Source: Lama guanicoe
Lineage: Eukaryota
Assembly: GCA_013239625.1 (NCBI GenBank)
Contig: MU053810.1
Location: 3,690,071 to 3,754,070 of the forward strand
Direction: 5' to 3'
DNA length: 64,000 nucleotides
The notes under the pieces are model-generated. The model did not search any database. It saw only the letters and a list, made by a program, of their open reading frames with translations, and was not told the origin of the DNA. The position numbers were made by a program, and so were the translations under genes. Shown here piece by piece: positions 26,186-38,899 of this stretch. How positions within the stretch are numbered: position 1 is the stretch's first letter; each line of letters begins with the position of its first letter.

Positions 26186-27744
26186 CTTGAGGGTCTATTT
26201 TTATCCTCTAAGAAAGGAAATTAAATGCCATCCTTCAGGCTGTCATAGGGAGACGCACAGCCTTCCTGTCAATATTTTTCTTTGGCTTCCTACCAGATTT
26301 TGATCACGTGTCATCTCACCAAATTTTAGTTAAGGGATGCCTTCCCGGAAAAAGACTGGGAGATGCTACAGAGGGTTAAATAGACACCAAGAACTAGAGG
26401 AAGGGAAACAGGAAACTGAGTGCTGACTTTGCCTTGGTATCAATCAGTATGGTGTGTTTTCCGGCTGGGTTCATATAAACCAGGGGTAGGAGGTACCTCC
26501 AAGGTCAACACCAAGGATCCCTTCATTATCCAGGGCTGTGGCCTCTTGTCATTCCGTTCCTGCCCAATTGCTCTCTGCTGTTCAGTCTCCTTCAGAGCTG
26601 GCTTGTGCCTTATCACAGCTTCCTCTCACCTCGAGCTACCAGTCTCCTTGTCGAAGTTGTCCTTCCATTGTGCTTTCTGATGAACAACTACAACAAATTC
26701 TGTTCTTGACATTGTCAGTTCCCCTTCACAACCAGCAAATTTAGGTGACAAAACCAAGTTACATTGAACTTGTCAGAATACACAGGGCCATGGGCTAAAC
26801 CACATAGCCTAACTTTTTTTTTTCAATTTTGGTTATTAATATGATCCTAAATGAAAAAAAAATATGTCAAACAGAAACTGAAAAGAGATGTTTGTATTGT
26901 TGGAGTCTCAAGTGCATTTTTATTGTCTTGATTACCTCCATTCCCATGATGATTTAAATGGATTTTTAACCTAACTTGGGGCCTTCCTTTAAAACCAGGA
27001 TGCTCTGATATATATCTTATTGCTTGGAACATCTCTTATTTGAAGCAATTCCAAATATTAAAGAACATAATTAAATCATCTTCCACTTGTTAAAATGATC
27101 TCTTTTTTATTTTTACTATTTTATGAGCTTTTTGAGCAATTATAAAGCAAGGACTATAAAAACTATGCCAGTTTTAAAAGGAGGAGTAGACTTTCTAATT
27201 GTGAGAAAATGTTAATATATTGATGATTGTAGTCTTTTTGTACTAAAAATAGGAAACTTAACAACTGAACATACCTACATTACTAAAGTTATTTTTCAAT
27301 GTCATGACTTTGATCCCTGATGTTTAATTTGTAAAAGCAACATTCACCTCCAAAAATGATGTGCTGTCTTCAAACGTGTTAACATCTGCCCACCATTAAC
27401 AACCTCATTTAAAAAGGAGGAAGATGACTTGAAGAATTTTAACTTAAATTCCCATGCTCATTCATGCCTCCTATTTAAAGCTTTGTTTTCCTACTGGTTA
27501 GGAATATTTTAATAGGCTTTCTTGGAATAGAATTTCCTGGTCTCATAAGTATCACTGAGTTTAAAAATGAACAGGTGTGGCAGGGTTTCTAAGAAGCAGT
27601 CGTGCATTTTTCTAAAACCAAAAGCTGTAGACGATAGGGAAAGGATTATTTAAATTCCTTCATACCTGACATTTTACCCCAGACTCCATTTAAATCCCTA
27701 GGGCCTGAGTTCCAGGTTCATTGCCCAGGTAAATTCATTTACGT
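26186..27744 (-). pseudogene. Collagen pseudo-exons (about 26186-26366, 26430-26740, 26936-27004, 27666-27744)
   Basis: EHP GFK GRP ...G|gtaatc; GPR DLN GVW GKM S G|gtatga; DNE GIL GVD; PGLY EPS RKT. Confidence 0.65.
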
Positions 27745-27852
27745 CTAAAATTGCATTTATGCAGTTGTTTGTTTCATAAGCTTAGTGGAAGGCTCCAGAG
27801 ATCGTTTCTTGAACTGCAGTGAACGGTATTCCTTTCTTCTTCACTGACCCAG

Positions 27853-28102
27853 CGCTGCTGCCAAAGCGGACGGTATCGAAGCATTGATCAACACCCTGTC
27901 CAGCAGGCGGAACAAGGTGGTCGCCAATGCAGCCACGGTGCTGATGAACATGGCCATGCAGGAACCTCTGCGCCTGAGCATCCAGACCCACGACATCATG
28001 CACGCCCTGCTCAGCCCCCTACGCTCTGCCGACAAGGTCGTGCAGAGCAAAGCCACTCTCGCCATCGCTGCCATTGCCTGTGATGCCAAGGCCCGGACCG
28101 AG
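27853..28102 (+). CDS. ARMC3: ARMC3 coding exon (about exon 11)
   Basis: ccag|C GCT GCT ... ACC GAG|gtgagc; 250 nt; AAAKADGIEALINTLSSRRNKVVANAATVLMNMAMQEPLR...ARTE. Confidence 0.95.
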
Positions 28103-28199
28103 GTGAGCCTTTTCATCCCTCATGTTCATTGCTCCTTCCTTCTGGTCTTTTGAAACATTTTCAAGGGTTTGAACCCACCCATCACTTAAATCCCTCAAA

Positions 28200-28830
28200 T
28201 TTGGTGCAACGTGTTGGAAAACAAATCGGCACCATCCAGCAAAGAAGGTGAGCCTTCCCTATCATCGGGCAATTCTGTTCCTAGGTCTGTACCTAAGACA
28301 CACTCTGGCCTCTGTGCACCAGGAAGCATTGCTTATAATACCCCAACAGCTGGAAACAAACCAGCTGTCTTGTTGTTAAGAGAATGGATGCATACATTTG
28401 TGGTATATGCATAAAATGGAATCTCATATCAGTGAAAATCAATGAACTGCAGCTACAGAGAAGAAATCAACAGAGCAGACACTCAACCAGCATAATGCTG
28501 AGCAAAGTCAAGCTCAGAAGAAGACAGACTTGTGATTCTATTTCTCTGACGTTCAAACATATGCAAAGCTAAGCAATGTGCTTTTAAGCACACACGTATA
28601 TAAGTTAAAACTATGAAGAAAAGCAAGAGAATGACTGGCCCTAAATTCAAGGAAGTGGTTGCCTCTTAAGGGATCAAGAAAGTGCATGTGATTGCAGAGG
28701 GCATGTAGGGGTTCAAGGTCACTGAAATGTGCCATTTCTTCAGCTGAGTGGTAGACAAACAGGTGTGCCTTTTACTATGATGCTTGAAATTATGTGTGTG
28801 TATGGGTTACATACACTCCTCTTTTCCTTA
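28200..28830 (+). mobile_element. Old L1ME-like 3' fragment
   Basis: gcaattctgttcctagg..., aatgaactgcagctaca..., cataatgctgagcaaa... are typical L1ME 3' motifs. Confidence 0.65.
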
Positions 28831-29089
28831 CATTTCAAAAATTTAAAACATGGAATCGCATTTTTTACAAGTGTGTTGGTCCTATTCATAGACAATATAA
28901 ACCTAGAAGTGTATATTTTTCTCTTTTTTCCCATTTGCTTATCACATGGCACTCATTCAAACAGCCTAGGACTCTGTCCCTCTCTCTCTCCAATAGAAGT
29001 AACAATGTTGAGCACTTACTAAGCATCAGGCACTGTGCCAAGCACTTTCCATGCATTTAAGCCTCACCTGAAATAGGTATATTTATCAC

Positions 29090-29672
29090 TAATTGGAAAG
29101 ATACATGCTCCCCAATGTTCACAGAAGCATTATTTACAATAGCCAAGAAAAGGAAGCTGCCTAAATGCCCATCAACAGATGAATGGATAAAGACGATGTG
29201 GTATATATACATAATAGAATATTACTCAGCCATAAAAAGAGTGAAATCCTGCCATGTGCAACAATGTGGTTGGACCTAGAGTGTATTGCACTTAGTAAAA
29301 CAAGTCAGAGAGAGACAAATACTCTGTTATCATTTACATGTGGAATTTAAAAAATAAAACAAATGACTATAACAAAACAGAGACTCACAGATACAGAGAA
29401 CAACCTAGTGGTTACCCATTGGGAGAGGGAAGGGGGAGGGGCAAAGTAGGGGAAGGGGAGTAAGAGGTATAAACTATTAGGTATAAAATAAATAAGCAAC
29501 AGGATATATTGCACAGCACAGGGAAATACAGCCATTATTTTGTAATAACATTAAATGGAGTATAATCTAAAAATATTGAATCACTGCATCCTAAAACTAA
29601 AACTAATATGATAAATGAACTATATGTAATTTATGTAATATGTAAACCAATTATACTCTAATTAAAAAAAAA
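29090..29672 (+). mobile_element. LINE-1 3' end (L1MA-like) with A-tail, nested in a MIR
   Basis: cccaatgttcacagaagcattatttacaatagccaag...; A-run; degenerate TSD gaaataggtata / gacataggtaca; MIR-like sequence on both sides. Confidence 0.85.
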
Positions 29673-31261
29673 GACATAGGTACACTTGTAATCCCCATTT
29701 TACAGATAAGGAAAATGAGGCTTAAAGAAAGAATATTTACAGAGTTGGTCGGTGGGTGAATCAGGGATGTGAGAACATATCTTTCTGAGTCTATCTGCTC
29801 AGACAACTGACAAATCTATTCTCTTCTGTCTCTTAGTTATCTTTTCCATCCTCCTTCTTTGTCCCCACTGACTCAGTTCATTTGTATTATTCCATTAAGG
29901 TAGTAAGACAGCCATCAAGTATTTATTTACCAACTACTATGTGCCAGGCACTACGTTAGGCAGTGGCAACACAGTAAGAAACACCGGTGTCTCTCGGTCA
30001 CACCTCCGTGTGGCTTACACAGTGGTCCATCTGCTTCCTGGAATATTGCAGCGGACTCTACAGCTCTCCCTACCCCTGCCATTTCCTCCTCCCCAAACTG
30101 CCTCTGAACTGATCTCTCACATATAAGACCCTCATCACATCATTCCAAGTCCCCAGTGGCACATCATTTCCCGTGGGAAAAGCTAAGCTGCCTAGTAGTG
30201 CACTACGTAAGGGCTCGCCCCTACCTGCCTAAGCTGGAACTCTCTTCCCAGGTGTAACTCTACACTCCAGAGATACCATAGGATTTGTAATCTGTCAGCA
30301 TCCTCTGTTCTCTTATTTATACCTCCTTGATGTCTCTGTTTGGGAAGCTAGTCTCACTTTGTCCACCTGATAAATGCCTGTTTCTCCTTCAAAACCCAGC
30401 TCAGCCATCCTGTCTTCCATGAGGCCTTTCTTCAGTCCTTAAACATGGACTCCAACATCCTCCTCCGTGCTCCCACCACCCCCTCTGCATGTCCTCTGCT
30501 TTGCTTAGCTTTTGTATGAAAGGCTAAAAGCTCCTCGAGGCTTTAGGGACGGGAACTGAGGTTTTTCTTCCCTATTTCCCTGTCATTGACACATACCTGG
30601 CCCACAGTCCACATTTCATAAACAGCTAGTGAGTGAATAAGCGAGTGAATGAATGAGTGGAGAAATTAATAAATGAATTAGATCTTTGCCAAAAGAACAC
30701 ATGGAGTCAGATTCCTATCTTGTATTATACTCAGAAATAAAGATGTTCAGAGATCTGGCTTGCTAAACATAAGATGCTTCAAGTAAACTTTTCAAAGCTG
30801 TCCAAGTTGAGTTGCTAACATGCAATCCCCGTCAGAGTCCCTTGTTTGAGAAGGAAATGCCTGGAAGCGGATCATTTTCCTCAGTGTCTCTCGTCTTCAG
30901 ATACTACGTGGAGAGACCAGTGCAATATTCTTTTGTCCTCGAGGCTCAGTTAATACCACATTACATTTCAGACAGTGAGACAAGAGCTCTGTCAAATCTT
31001 TTTTTTTCCCCCTGATTGGAAGCATTTTATACATGAGTAATTTCTTTTAATAATGTAATTAATGTAGTTGTGTTCAATTTCCCTCTTGTTCTTCTTTTTT
31101 TTTTTTCTACTCCTTGAAGAAAAGTGAGTGATGACAAAATGGATCTCTTTCTGGGGAACTGTTTCAGTATTGTTTTTGGCCACACTGCTGACTTGGCGTC
31201 AGCGTCCAGTCACATGGGTGGCACTTGCCTGCATTGGTTCCTCCCACCCAGCCTTGGAAAC

Positions 31262-31675
31262 TGTATCCGGTCATTTGCTGAAACAAACGACCACAGCTTA
31301 GTGGCTTACAGCAATACAAATTTGTTACCTTGCAGTTTGGGAGTTCAGAAGGCTGACAATGGGTCTTATGAGTTAAAATCAAGGTATCAACAGAGCTGTG
31401 ATGCTTCTGGAGACTTGAGGGGAAAAATCTGTTTCCCGGCACTTTCTAGCTTTTACCATCCACCTACATTCCTTGGCTCTCGTGTCTTCCTTCACCTTCA
31501 AAGCAGATTAATGCTCCTGACACCCTCATCTCCCTCTTATAAGGACACTTAATAGTTAAATGGGGCCCACCTGCTAATCCAGGACAATCTCCCCACCCTC
31601 AAATCCTTAACCACATCTGCCAAATCCCTCCCAGGTACACGGCCATCTCTGGGGGTCCATTACTTTGTCCACTGC
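31262..31675 (-). mobile_element. MLT1 LTR
   Basis: ccacagcttagtggcttacagcaatacaaattt...tcttataaggacact...taatccaggacaatctcccc. Confidence 0.75.
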
Positions 31676-32031
31676 AGGTCCAAAGTGGACCTGCAGTGCT
31701 GAGGAGCAGAGTGAATGAGCACACGGCAGCCCACCTGCAGGCAGGGAGAGGACAGGCTCTCTGCCCCGTCCCTGCACCGAGTAAACTCACAATGACCTCC
31801 GCCACTTTCCTGTGGCCTCTTCTTGACTTTGAACAGAAAACTGGGCTATCTGTAAGGTCTATTTGCAATAGATTCTTTTCCCCTGGATTTAATAAATCAA
31901 AAATATGGATACATCTTAAAATATTTTTACATAGACAAAACCTTTCAACAGTCAAATAATCAGATTTTTTTAAAGCATTAATGTTTATGTTCTGTCCTCT
32001 CAATGTGTATAATTTTGGTTCCTCCTTCTAG

Positions 32032-32168
32032 TTGAGAAATTCAGGTGGACTGGAGCCGCTGGTTGAGCTCCTGCGTTCCAAGAACAGTGAAGTCAGAAAT
32101 CACGCCAGCTGGGCCGTGATGGTCTGTGCCGGTGATGAGCCCACGGCCACTGAGTTATGCAGGCTCGG
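32032..32168 (+). CDS. ARMC3: ARMC3 coding exon (about exon 12)
   Basis: ctag|TTG AGA AAT ... CTC GG|gtgagt; 137 nt; LRNSGGLEPLVELLRSKNSEVRNHASWAVMVCAGDEPTATELCRLG. Confidence 0.95.
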
Positions 32169-32337
32169 GTGAGTGGGGCAGAATCGGGTGTCTGGTTCAG
32201 ATGAAGAAGCTCGGTCACAAGCTTCAGGCCCAAGAAGGTCAAACAGAGTCCACGCACCGGAGTGTTCAGAAGTCCTGCCTGTCCCAATGGGGGGGGGGGG
32301 CGCTTACAGAAGTGGGGCCCTTCCCCATTGCTCCCAC

Positions 32338-32652
32338 CTAGAGATCTCCCTCACCACCGCCATAAAAAGCATCCTCAGCATTTCCTTTTCCACCTTTTTC
32401 ACCTTGATGAATGCTTCTCTTTCACTTTCCTCTGCTCTGCTAGACACAATCTTATTTGTCTCTCAGCTTTCAAGGCTAAAATAAAATGGGCAAGCCAGGA
32501 CTGGCATCTCTCCTCCTCTCCCCGACAAACCTTTCCACCAGAATTATGCATTTAACCGACCTCACCAAATCGCTTCTCCTTACTTACAGCCGATGTGTGA
32601 GCTGCCTTTAGCATATCAGCAAATAGGGTTAAAACAGGTAAACAGGTTTACC
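32338..32652 (-). pseudogene. Collagen pseudo-exons inside the 802-nt ARMC3 intron
   Basis: HQ GEK GGK GNA EDA FYG GGE GDL at 32341-32409; GEV G*M HNS GGK VCR GEE at about 32510-32565; GKP at about 32645. Confidence 0.8.
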
Positions 32653-32970
32653 CTATTTCTAACCATTTTTATTCTTAGTGTATATTGCCTGGTTAGCTGA
32701 AAGAGCTGGAGTCCAATACTAATTTTGCTTCACATGAAGAACTTTTTCTTCTGAAAGTATTCTTTTCAACTGTTAGAATATGAGTTACTACCTGGCATAT
32801 ATGCTCTCAAGAAGGACTGATTTGTCTTCATAATTCTGTCAGGATCAGTTTATTGAAAAGGGTGGGATGGTTTTAATCTTTCCTCCTCAATTCCTCATTC
32901 AGGACTTTAGTGAGGTATGTAAATGGGTCCTTATGAAAAGCAAATCATGTTTTTTGGCTTTTATTGACAG

Positions 32971-33139
32971 AGCTTTAGATATCCTTGAAGAAATTGATCT
33001 ATCAGTAAGTCGAAAAAATAAATTCAGCGAGGTAGCTTACAACAAATTGCTCAACCACCACCTGTCTCTGAAATACAGCAAGACTGGCTATTTGTCCTCA
33101 AGTAACATAATTAGTGATGGATTCTATGACTATGGTCGG
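32971..33139 (+). CDS. ARMC3: ARMC3 coding exon (about exon 13)
   Basis: acag|A GCT TTA ... GGT CGG|gtaagt; 169 nt; ALDILEEIDLSVSRKNKFSEVAYNKLLNHHLSLKYSKTGYLSSSNIISDGFYDYGR. Confidence 0.95.
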
Positions 33140-33609
33140 GTAAGTGGCAGCCCTAATTTTTATATTAGTATGTGTGACCATTTCTTCTTTAATCATGGTG
33201 CCATTACATTGCAATTATAACTGCTTAACACAATTTATATTTTTATAGACAGAAACTTGGGAATCAGAACTTCATCCTTAAATTTTGTCTGGCTATAAGA
33301 TTTTGTGTTATAGTTTTAACTAGAATCTGGCTACTTATACTTAAATCAGCTTGCTGATGCTAGTCTCAAGTTTCAGAGAAAATATCAAAGAAACAGCTTC
33401 CTTTGTATTACTTTTAGGGCTCAGTATTAATGATAAGGATAAAATTATAAGCTTTTCATTTTATTAATTATAGTTGAAATTAACCAAATTGTAATGCTGA
33501 ATTTTAAAATGAAACATGGGAGAATATTATTTTACTTAGCTGCATTTATGATTGTGATTTTCAAAAATTTAAAACAATTTATGGTGAAATTCAGTGTTAC
33601 TGTTGAGAG

Positions 33610-33689
33610 AAATGGGAAGCCGAGCATTAGAATCTTGAGGACTTTCGGACATTACTGTCTCAGTCAGCACTTTCTACTTCTTCTGGAAA
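33610..33689 (-). pseudogene. Collagen pseudo-exon
   Basis: ctttcag|TTT CCA GAA GAA GTA GAA AGT GCT GAC TGA GAC AGT AAT GTC CGA; five consecutive triplet-start codons are each one base from Gly; ends in GGC TTC CCA. Confidence 0.6.
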
Positions 33690-33805
33690 CTGAAAGCAAT
33701 AAAGGAGAATGGGGACATTTTTTAAAACCTACAAATCCCATTTTAGGCAAAAAGAGGAAACAGGTGTGATCCACAGACTTCAGAAACATTTAAGAGTTAA
33801 AAGTC

Positions 33806-33894
33806 CCTCATTGTGCTGTACATCAGAAATTGACACATTGTAACTGACTGTACTTCAATAAAAATAAACAAATATATATATATATTTTAAATGA
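33806..33894 (+). mobile_element. Very short, 5'-truncated LINE-1 3' tip with TSD
   Basis: tgctgtacatcagaaattgacacattgtaactgactgtacttcaataaaa; 14-bp TSD AAGAGTTAAAAGTC at 33792-33805 and 33895-33908. Confidence 0.85.
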
Positions 33895-35515
33895 AAGAGT
33901 TAAAAGTCTGTGAGATCAGGCAGGAGTATATAGGAGGAGGAATGAAAAGGGGAAAAAGAGCAGAGGGAGGGGCAAGAGTGGTGGCGGATCTCAGAAAGCA
34001 CCTTCAAATTCTATTCTTCCTGAGTGGATGGAGAACTCAGAAGTGCACAGACTGATTGTTCAGTTTGCCGGGGGGCAAGTGGGCTGGGGTGAGCAGCGCT
34101 GGCAGCAGAATCCCTCTTGGGCCAATTTGGTTCAAAGAAGCAGAGGAGACAGGGCCATAAGAGAATCACAGCTCAGCCATGTTTGCAGGAAACACTGCAT
34201 CACGGTAAAATAATCAGAGACATTCTGAATAATCAAAACAGCCAGCCTAAAACTTTACTCTAGCTCTTTCTTCTGCTTCCCCCGACTACTGCCACCACTG
34301 TATTCTCTATAACGCACACACAAGCTCGGAGAATTTACTGCTCCCGTTCAATGAGGAGTCATTTACAGAGAACTGGTCCAGCATCATTAGTACAAAGCTG
34401 CTTTAAGAAAAGTGAGGAAAAGAGCAGAAAAACCACCAAAGAGCCCTTACCAGAAAAATGTTGCCATGGGACAGATAAAATTGTGACAAAATGTATTTAT
34501 ATATTTTATTATGTAAAACTAAGGAGACAATTTCCTTGTGAAAGAGAATTCTCTGGTTCATTCATTCAGTAAATATTAAGTTTCTAACATTTTAGGCTTA
34601 AAAAATGTCAGTACACAAAAGAAACAGCAATCTCTACTCCATGGCACCAGTGAGAGGAAACAGACGATAGACAATAAATCTCACAAATAACTTATATCAC
34701 ATGATCGAAATGGGAAGAGCTACAGTTGGGTGGGGAGTGGAGCAAAGGAGGATAAGGGTGCTCCATCGTACTGGGGATACTGGGGTTGATGGTCGTGATT
34801 TGACACGATGGCCAGGTAGCCTCACTGAAAGCAAAAATTTGAAGGAGGCGAGGGACTTAGCCACGAGGAGAGTAGGGACAGGAGCTTTTGAGGCAGAGGA
34901 AGCAGCTAGTGCAGAAGCCATAAAGGGTCAACATGGTTGGCACATTTAAGGGACAGCAAAGTCAGTGCAGCCAGAGCTGAGTGAACCAGGGATGGAAAAG
35001 CAGAGATGAAATCAAAGAGGTAAGGAGCCAGCACACCATGTCAGTCTTGTAGACCATTGCAAGGATTTGGGACTTCACTCTGAATCAAGTAGGGAAACAC
35101 AGCAGAGTTCTGACCAGAAGAATGGCCGTGATCTGTCTTACTTTAAAAGGATCAGGAAGAGTATCTTGGATAAGAGAGGGCCCTATTTCTTGATTGGAAA
35201 AAGACCTCAGAAGGCGATCGGGTCTCCCCTTCTTCACCAGGCTGATAAAATTGTTGGTATAAGGCTTTGTCCAGCTTGTCTTTAGTTATCCTCACAACAT
35301 TTTTAGTGGTCTGTTTAGTAATTAGTTATTCTTACAGGCAATAAGCCCTCCCTTATGTATATAGATGGATTTTCAAACTCAAATACTTCCAGGGGCCAAG
35401 CTGATTATTATGGTGGGAAACAGCCGAGTATAAATCTACAGAGACTGCAGGGGAATTGGGGGCTACATCTTCCCCAAAGGCAAGATGCCCACAAGCTTCA
35501 GGCTCCTATTTCTAG

Positions 35516-35546
35516 GTGTGTGTGTCTGTGTGTGTGTGTGTGTGTG
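35516..35546. repeat. (TG)n microsatellite
   Basis: gtgtgtgtgtctgtgtgtgtgtgtgtgtgtg. Confidence 0.9.
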
Positions 35547-35646
35547 ATATGAGACACCTCAAACAGTAGAGAACCTATTTTATCAATATTCATTAAGAAA
35601 ACATATAACCCATGCAGATACTACTTTTTAATTCTTATATCTACAG

Positions 35647-35747
35647 ATACTGATTGGCACCAAACTTTTGCCTTTGAAGGACCTCTGCTTACAAGAACCA
35701 AGCGATCTACATACTGTACTCTTAGTTAACAGCAAATCTTCTGATGT
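35647..35747 (+). CDS. ARMC3: ARMC3 coding exon (about exon 14)
   Basis: acag|ATA CTG ... GAT GT|gtgagt; 101 nt; ILIGTKLLPLKDLCLQEPSDLHTVLLVNSKSSD; phase fits both neighbours. Confidence 0.9.
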
Positions 35748-35779
35748 GTGAGTCTTTTCAGGGGAGAAGGGATGCAGGG

Positions 35780-36010
35780 AGGCACATAATTTTTTCGGTT
35801 TGCCCATCACCATGCAACTATGTCAAGACTCCCAGTATGGTATCTTTTTTTGTTGTTTTCCTCCCTGTATCTAACACCACCATGAAAGTAGCCGCTGGTC
35901 CCTACTCTTACAGCCTGACACAATAAAGACCACGGAATCTTGGCCCCCATGGTTTTCCCTCTGATGCCTTGTTACCAGTCAATTCCTTATGTATTTCTGC
36001 CATCAGCGCT
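35780..36010 (-). pseudogene. Collagen pseudo-exon inside the 714-nt ARMC3 intron
   Basis: GAA TTG ACT GGT AAC AAG GCA TCA GAG GGA AAA CCA TGG GGG CCA AGA TTC CGT GGT CTT TAT TGT GTC AGG = (G)LT GNK (G)SE GKP (G)GP (G)FR GLY (G)VR. Confidence 0.75.
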
Positions 36011-36461
36011 TCTTACCCTTCCGGGTAACATGAAGTAATTGAAGAAGTTATAAATAGGAGCAAAGTGAGATGAATTATGTTTACAAATCTCTAAAACTAT
36101 ATGCAGGAATACCACTGCTGCCCAATTTTTTTTTCAAAATAAGAAGTAAATAGTAGTGCTAATAATGAAAGCTTCAACTGATCTTGAAATAGTCTTGTAT
36201 TCCTATATATCTATATAATACATTCTATGTGACATAGTTTATAAAAATATTTCCAGTTCTAACTTCATGAAAAGCTTTATAATATTCATTTTGCCTTATC
36301 TTAACCTCTCCTTTATGCTTTTAAAAATAAAACATCACTGTTAAAAGTCAGCTCCAAACATGATTTTTTCAGGAAAAAAAAATCTATTTTGTAGGAGAAA
36401 GTCAATGTTGACAAACACATTATCTTAATTTGTACATAATTTCAAATATGTAAAATTTTAG

Positions 36462-36563
36462 TTCTCCACCTCCAGCTATGGAAGATAAGCCATCAGACGT
36501 TGGTAATGGACGAAGTATCTCCTCTTCATCTTCTTTACGAAGAGCAAGTAAAGAAAAGACCAA
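36462..36563 (+). CDS. ARMC3: ARMC3 coding exon (about exon 15), Ser-rich linker
   Basis: ttag|T TCT CCA ... ACC AA|gtaggg; 102 nt; SPPPAMEDKPSDVGNGRSISSSSSLRRASKEKT. Confidence 0.88.
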
Positions 36564-36949
36564 GTAGGGAAATGATGTTTTATCTATACTCAGATAATTC
36601 TCTCCCTCAGTTTGGGAGTGAACAAAAATTTAGATTTTAGATTTTTGGCAACTTAAGTTTTATTCCTTCTCCTAGTCCTATAATTTCATGATTAAAGCCC
36701 GGAGACCTGGTTTGACATTCTGGCTGCTGTGAAGCTAGACGGACACCTTGAGCCCCTGAGAGTGTCCGTGAACAGGCTTTGTTTCCTTATCTGTAGATGG
36801 AAATATACCTGGTGCCCGGCTTCCTCTGCATACGATGAAGTGAAAATGCCTTATCGATTATAAAATGCCTCACAAATGTAGTGTATTGTTATTTTCTATC
36901 TGATTGAAATTGGTTGTGGTTTTTTTTTTTCTTTTTTTCAAATAACCAG

Positions 36950-37066
36950 AGAACATAGTTACCATTTTAGTGCTGGATTTGGATCTCCCACCGAAGAGAA
37001 ATCAGAACCTACTTCGGGACGCAATACTGCTCTTAGCAAAAGCGCCACTAAAGAGAAAGGATCAAG
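36950..37066 (+). CDS. ARMC3: ARMC3 coding exon (about exon 16)
   Basis: poly-T tract, ccag|A GAA CAT ... TCA AG|gtagaa; 117 nt; EHSYHFSAGFGSPTEEKSEPTSGRNTALSKSATKEKGS. Confidence 0.9.
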
Positions 37067-37229
37067 GTAGAAGATGCGTTATTTTCTTCTCCTAACTGTA
37101 ATCCCGTCAAGCGTTAATTTTCCCCGGAAAGCTGGTGAATGGGAGGGGTGGCTTTTAACTAGGAAGTTCAGCTTACGTAATCAGATGTAGCTACGAAGCA
37201 GGACCCAGGAAGTGTGGTGAAAATTAACT

Positions 37230-38700
37230 TCATTTCTGTCTCTTGTCTCTTTAAAACTTTACCCAGAGGGAATTACTCCTCCTGCCTCTGGGTGAGAACC
37301 CAGGGCACTTGGATCACGTAAACTCCTGCAGACACTTTAATTCAGAAATGACAACAGAAACAGCAGTCTCCAGTCATTCTTTTCAAAGCCCAACCGTGTG
37401 TAGTAATCAACTTAAAATGAACTTCTCTGCCCTCCCCTGGCGGCTGCCTTTGCAGGCAGTGAGCTACGCAGGCTGGAGCATCACCCCTCCCTCCTCCCTG
37501 CCTCTTGCTTCCATGTCCCCTCCCTACCTCGCTCGCCGAGATCTCTGACCTTCAGGAAGCAATGAGACGAGGAAAGGGGAACAAGCAGGACCACATTCTT
37601 GACCTGGTTGGGACGGTTATAACGTGGTTTCGTGTGTTTTAGGTCTGGCGTATTTGAAACATACTGTCTACACGCTGATGCATTTTTAAACGTATTCTTC
37701 CTCTTATGATCATTTTCCTGGATTCTTCAACAAACCACTTGGACCTCCTGCCACGAGCCCTGATCCTCCAATTATTGTTGACTTAAGCTCTTGAGAACCA
37801 CTGGGGTACGGGAGGCGAGTTGCCACACATGTATATTGAGCATCCACTTTCTAAACCGGGACTGTCCCCTAAGGTCTCCTAAGGAGGTGTCTGCCGGCCT
37901 CCTCAGACCTCAGAGCTGTGTATTTTCTCTTTCTGCGTTTATGTTCTGTCCTCAGTCTCTGCTGCCCACTCTTCTGGTCTCTGCTTCTGATCTGCTCCCG
38001 TCAGTCCAGTCCTCATCCTTTCTGCCCTCCCCTCCCCTCCCTTCCCCACCTCTTCTCCCTTTGTCTCCTCACTTGGCCTCTCGGGACTTCTCCTCCAGCT
38101 GGACTGAAAGTGCCTTCAGGACAAGCACATATTCTGACTTGAAGAACTTCTCTTTTGGCCCCTCATGTTTAGCATAGTGCTTGGTTGGCAGACATAGGGC
38201 ATTCGTGTTTATTCAAGAGAAGAGAAATCCAAACTTTTGTAGGAGAAGGTTGTTTTCAACAAGGCCCACACTTAACAAACCAGGTCTCTTGGGCAAATAG
38301 GTTACCTTCTCTTTGCCTGAGTCTGCTTATTGGTAAGATGGAAAAACAGTAGTCCTTCCTCATAAGTGTTGAGAAGATGAAATAATTTAATGAATGTAAA
38401 GGGCCGAGGGCAGTGCCTGGCCCAGAGTAAACACTCAACAAATGTTAGCTCTGTTGTATGGAGCCCAAACCCACTCCAGCCTTGCAGGGGTTCAGAGGAA
38501 TCCCCAGAATCCAGCGGTCGACAGGAGCTGGAAATAAAGTCCATAGCCACAGGGTCTGCTCGCCTCTCCCTCCAGTGTCTCTGATGCCACATCACTGTCA
38601 TCTTGGGTAGTTCTGCCATCCTCAACTCTTTTCCCATTATTTTATTTTTCTTACAGGTCATTCTGGTTCTTGGTCCTAAATCTTTTGGAGGAGAAACCTT
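37230..38700 (-). pseudogene. Cluster of collagen pseudo-exons (about 37230-37325, 37529-37603, 37690-37878, 38460-38700)
   Basis: GGS GLV AG GPS GLL KNP GK*; GPA CSP...PEGQR...DLGER G|gtaggg; SDV ASE TLE GEA SRP CGY GLY. Confidence 0.7.
38300..38450 (+). mobile_element. MIR SINE (others near 20620-20770, 40080-40220, 49160-49400, 56640-56870, 61830-61970)
   Basis: gttgagaagatgaaataatttaatgaatgtaaagg...cagtgcctggcccagagtaaacactcaacaaatgttagct. Confidence 0.7.
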
Positions 38701-38899
38701 CAAGGTTGAAAGTTATTTGGTATACTTGTGAATGTTGAAATAGCGGTCTTCCAACAGCTGTGGGTTTTTAATTGTGATATCCAGTATTCATATTTTTCCA
38801 TAACATTTTGAAGCATTCACGTGTTCATCTCATTTGACCCTAGTCGCCTTGTTCTGTGTGTAAGTTCCGTCTTTTCTGGTTCTTTAGCTATCTCCTCAT

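Noticed and set aside
36472..36476. Alternative ARMC3 acceptor tccag|ctatg
   Set aside because: It would shift the frame; the acceptor at 36461 keeps the ORF.
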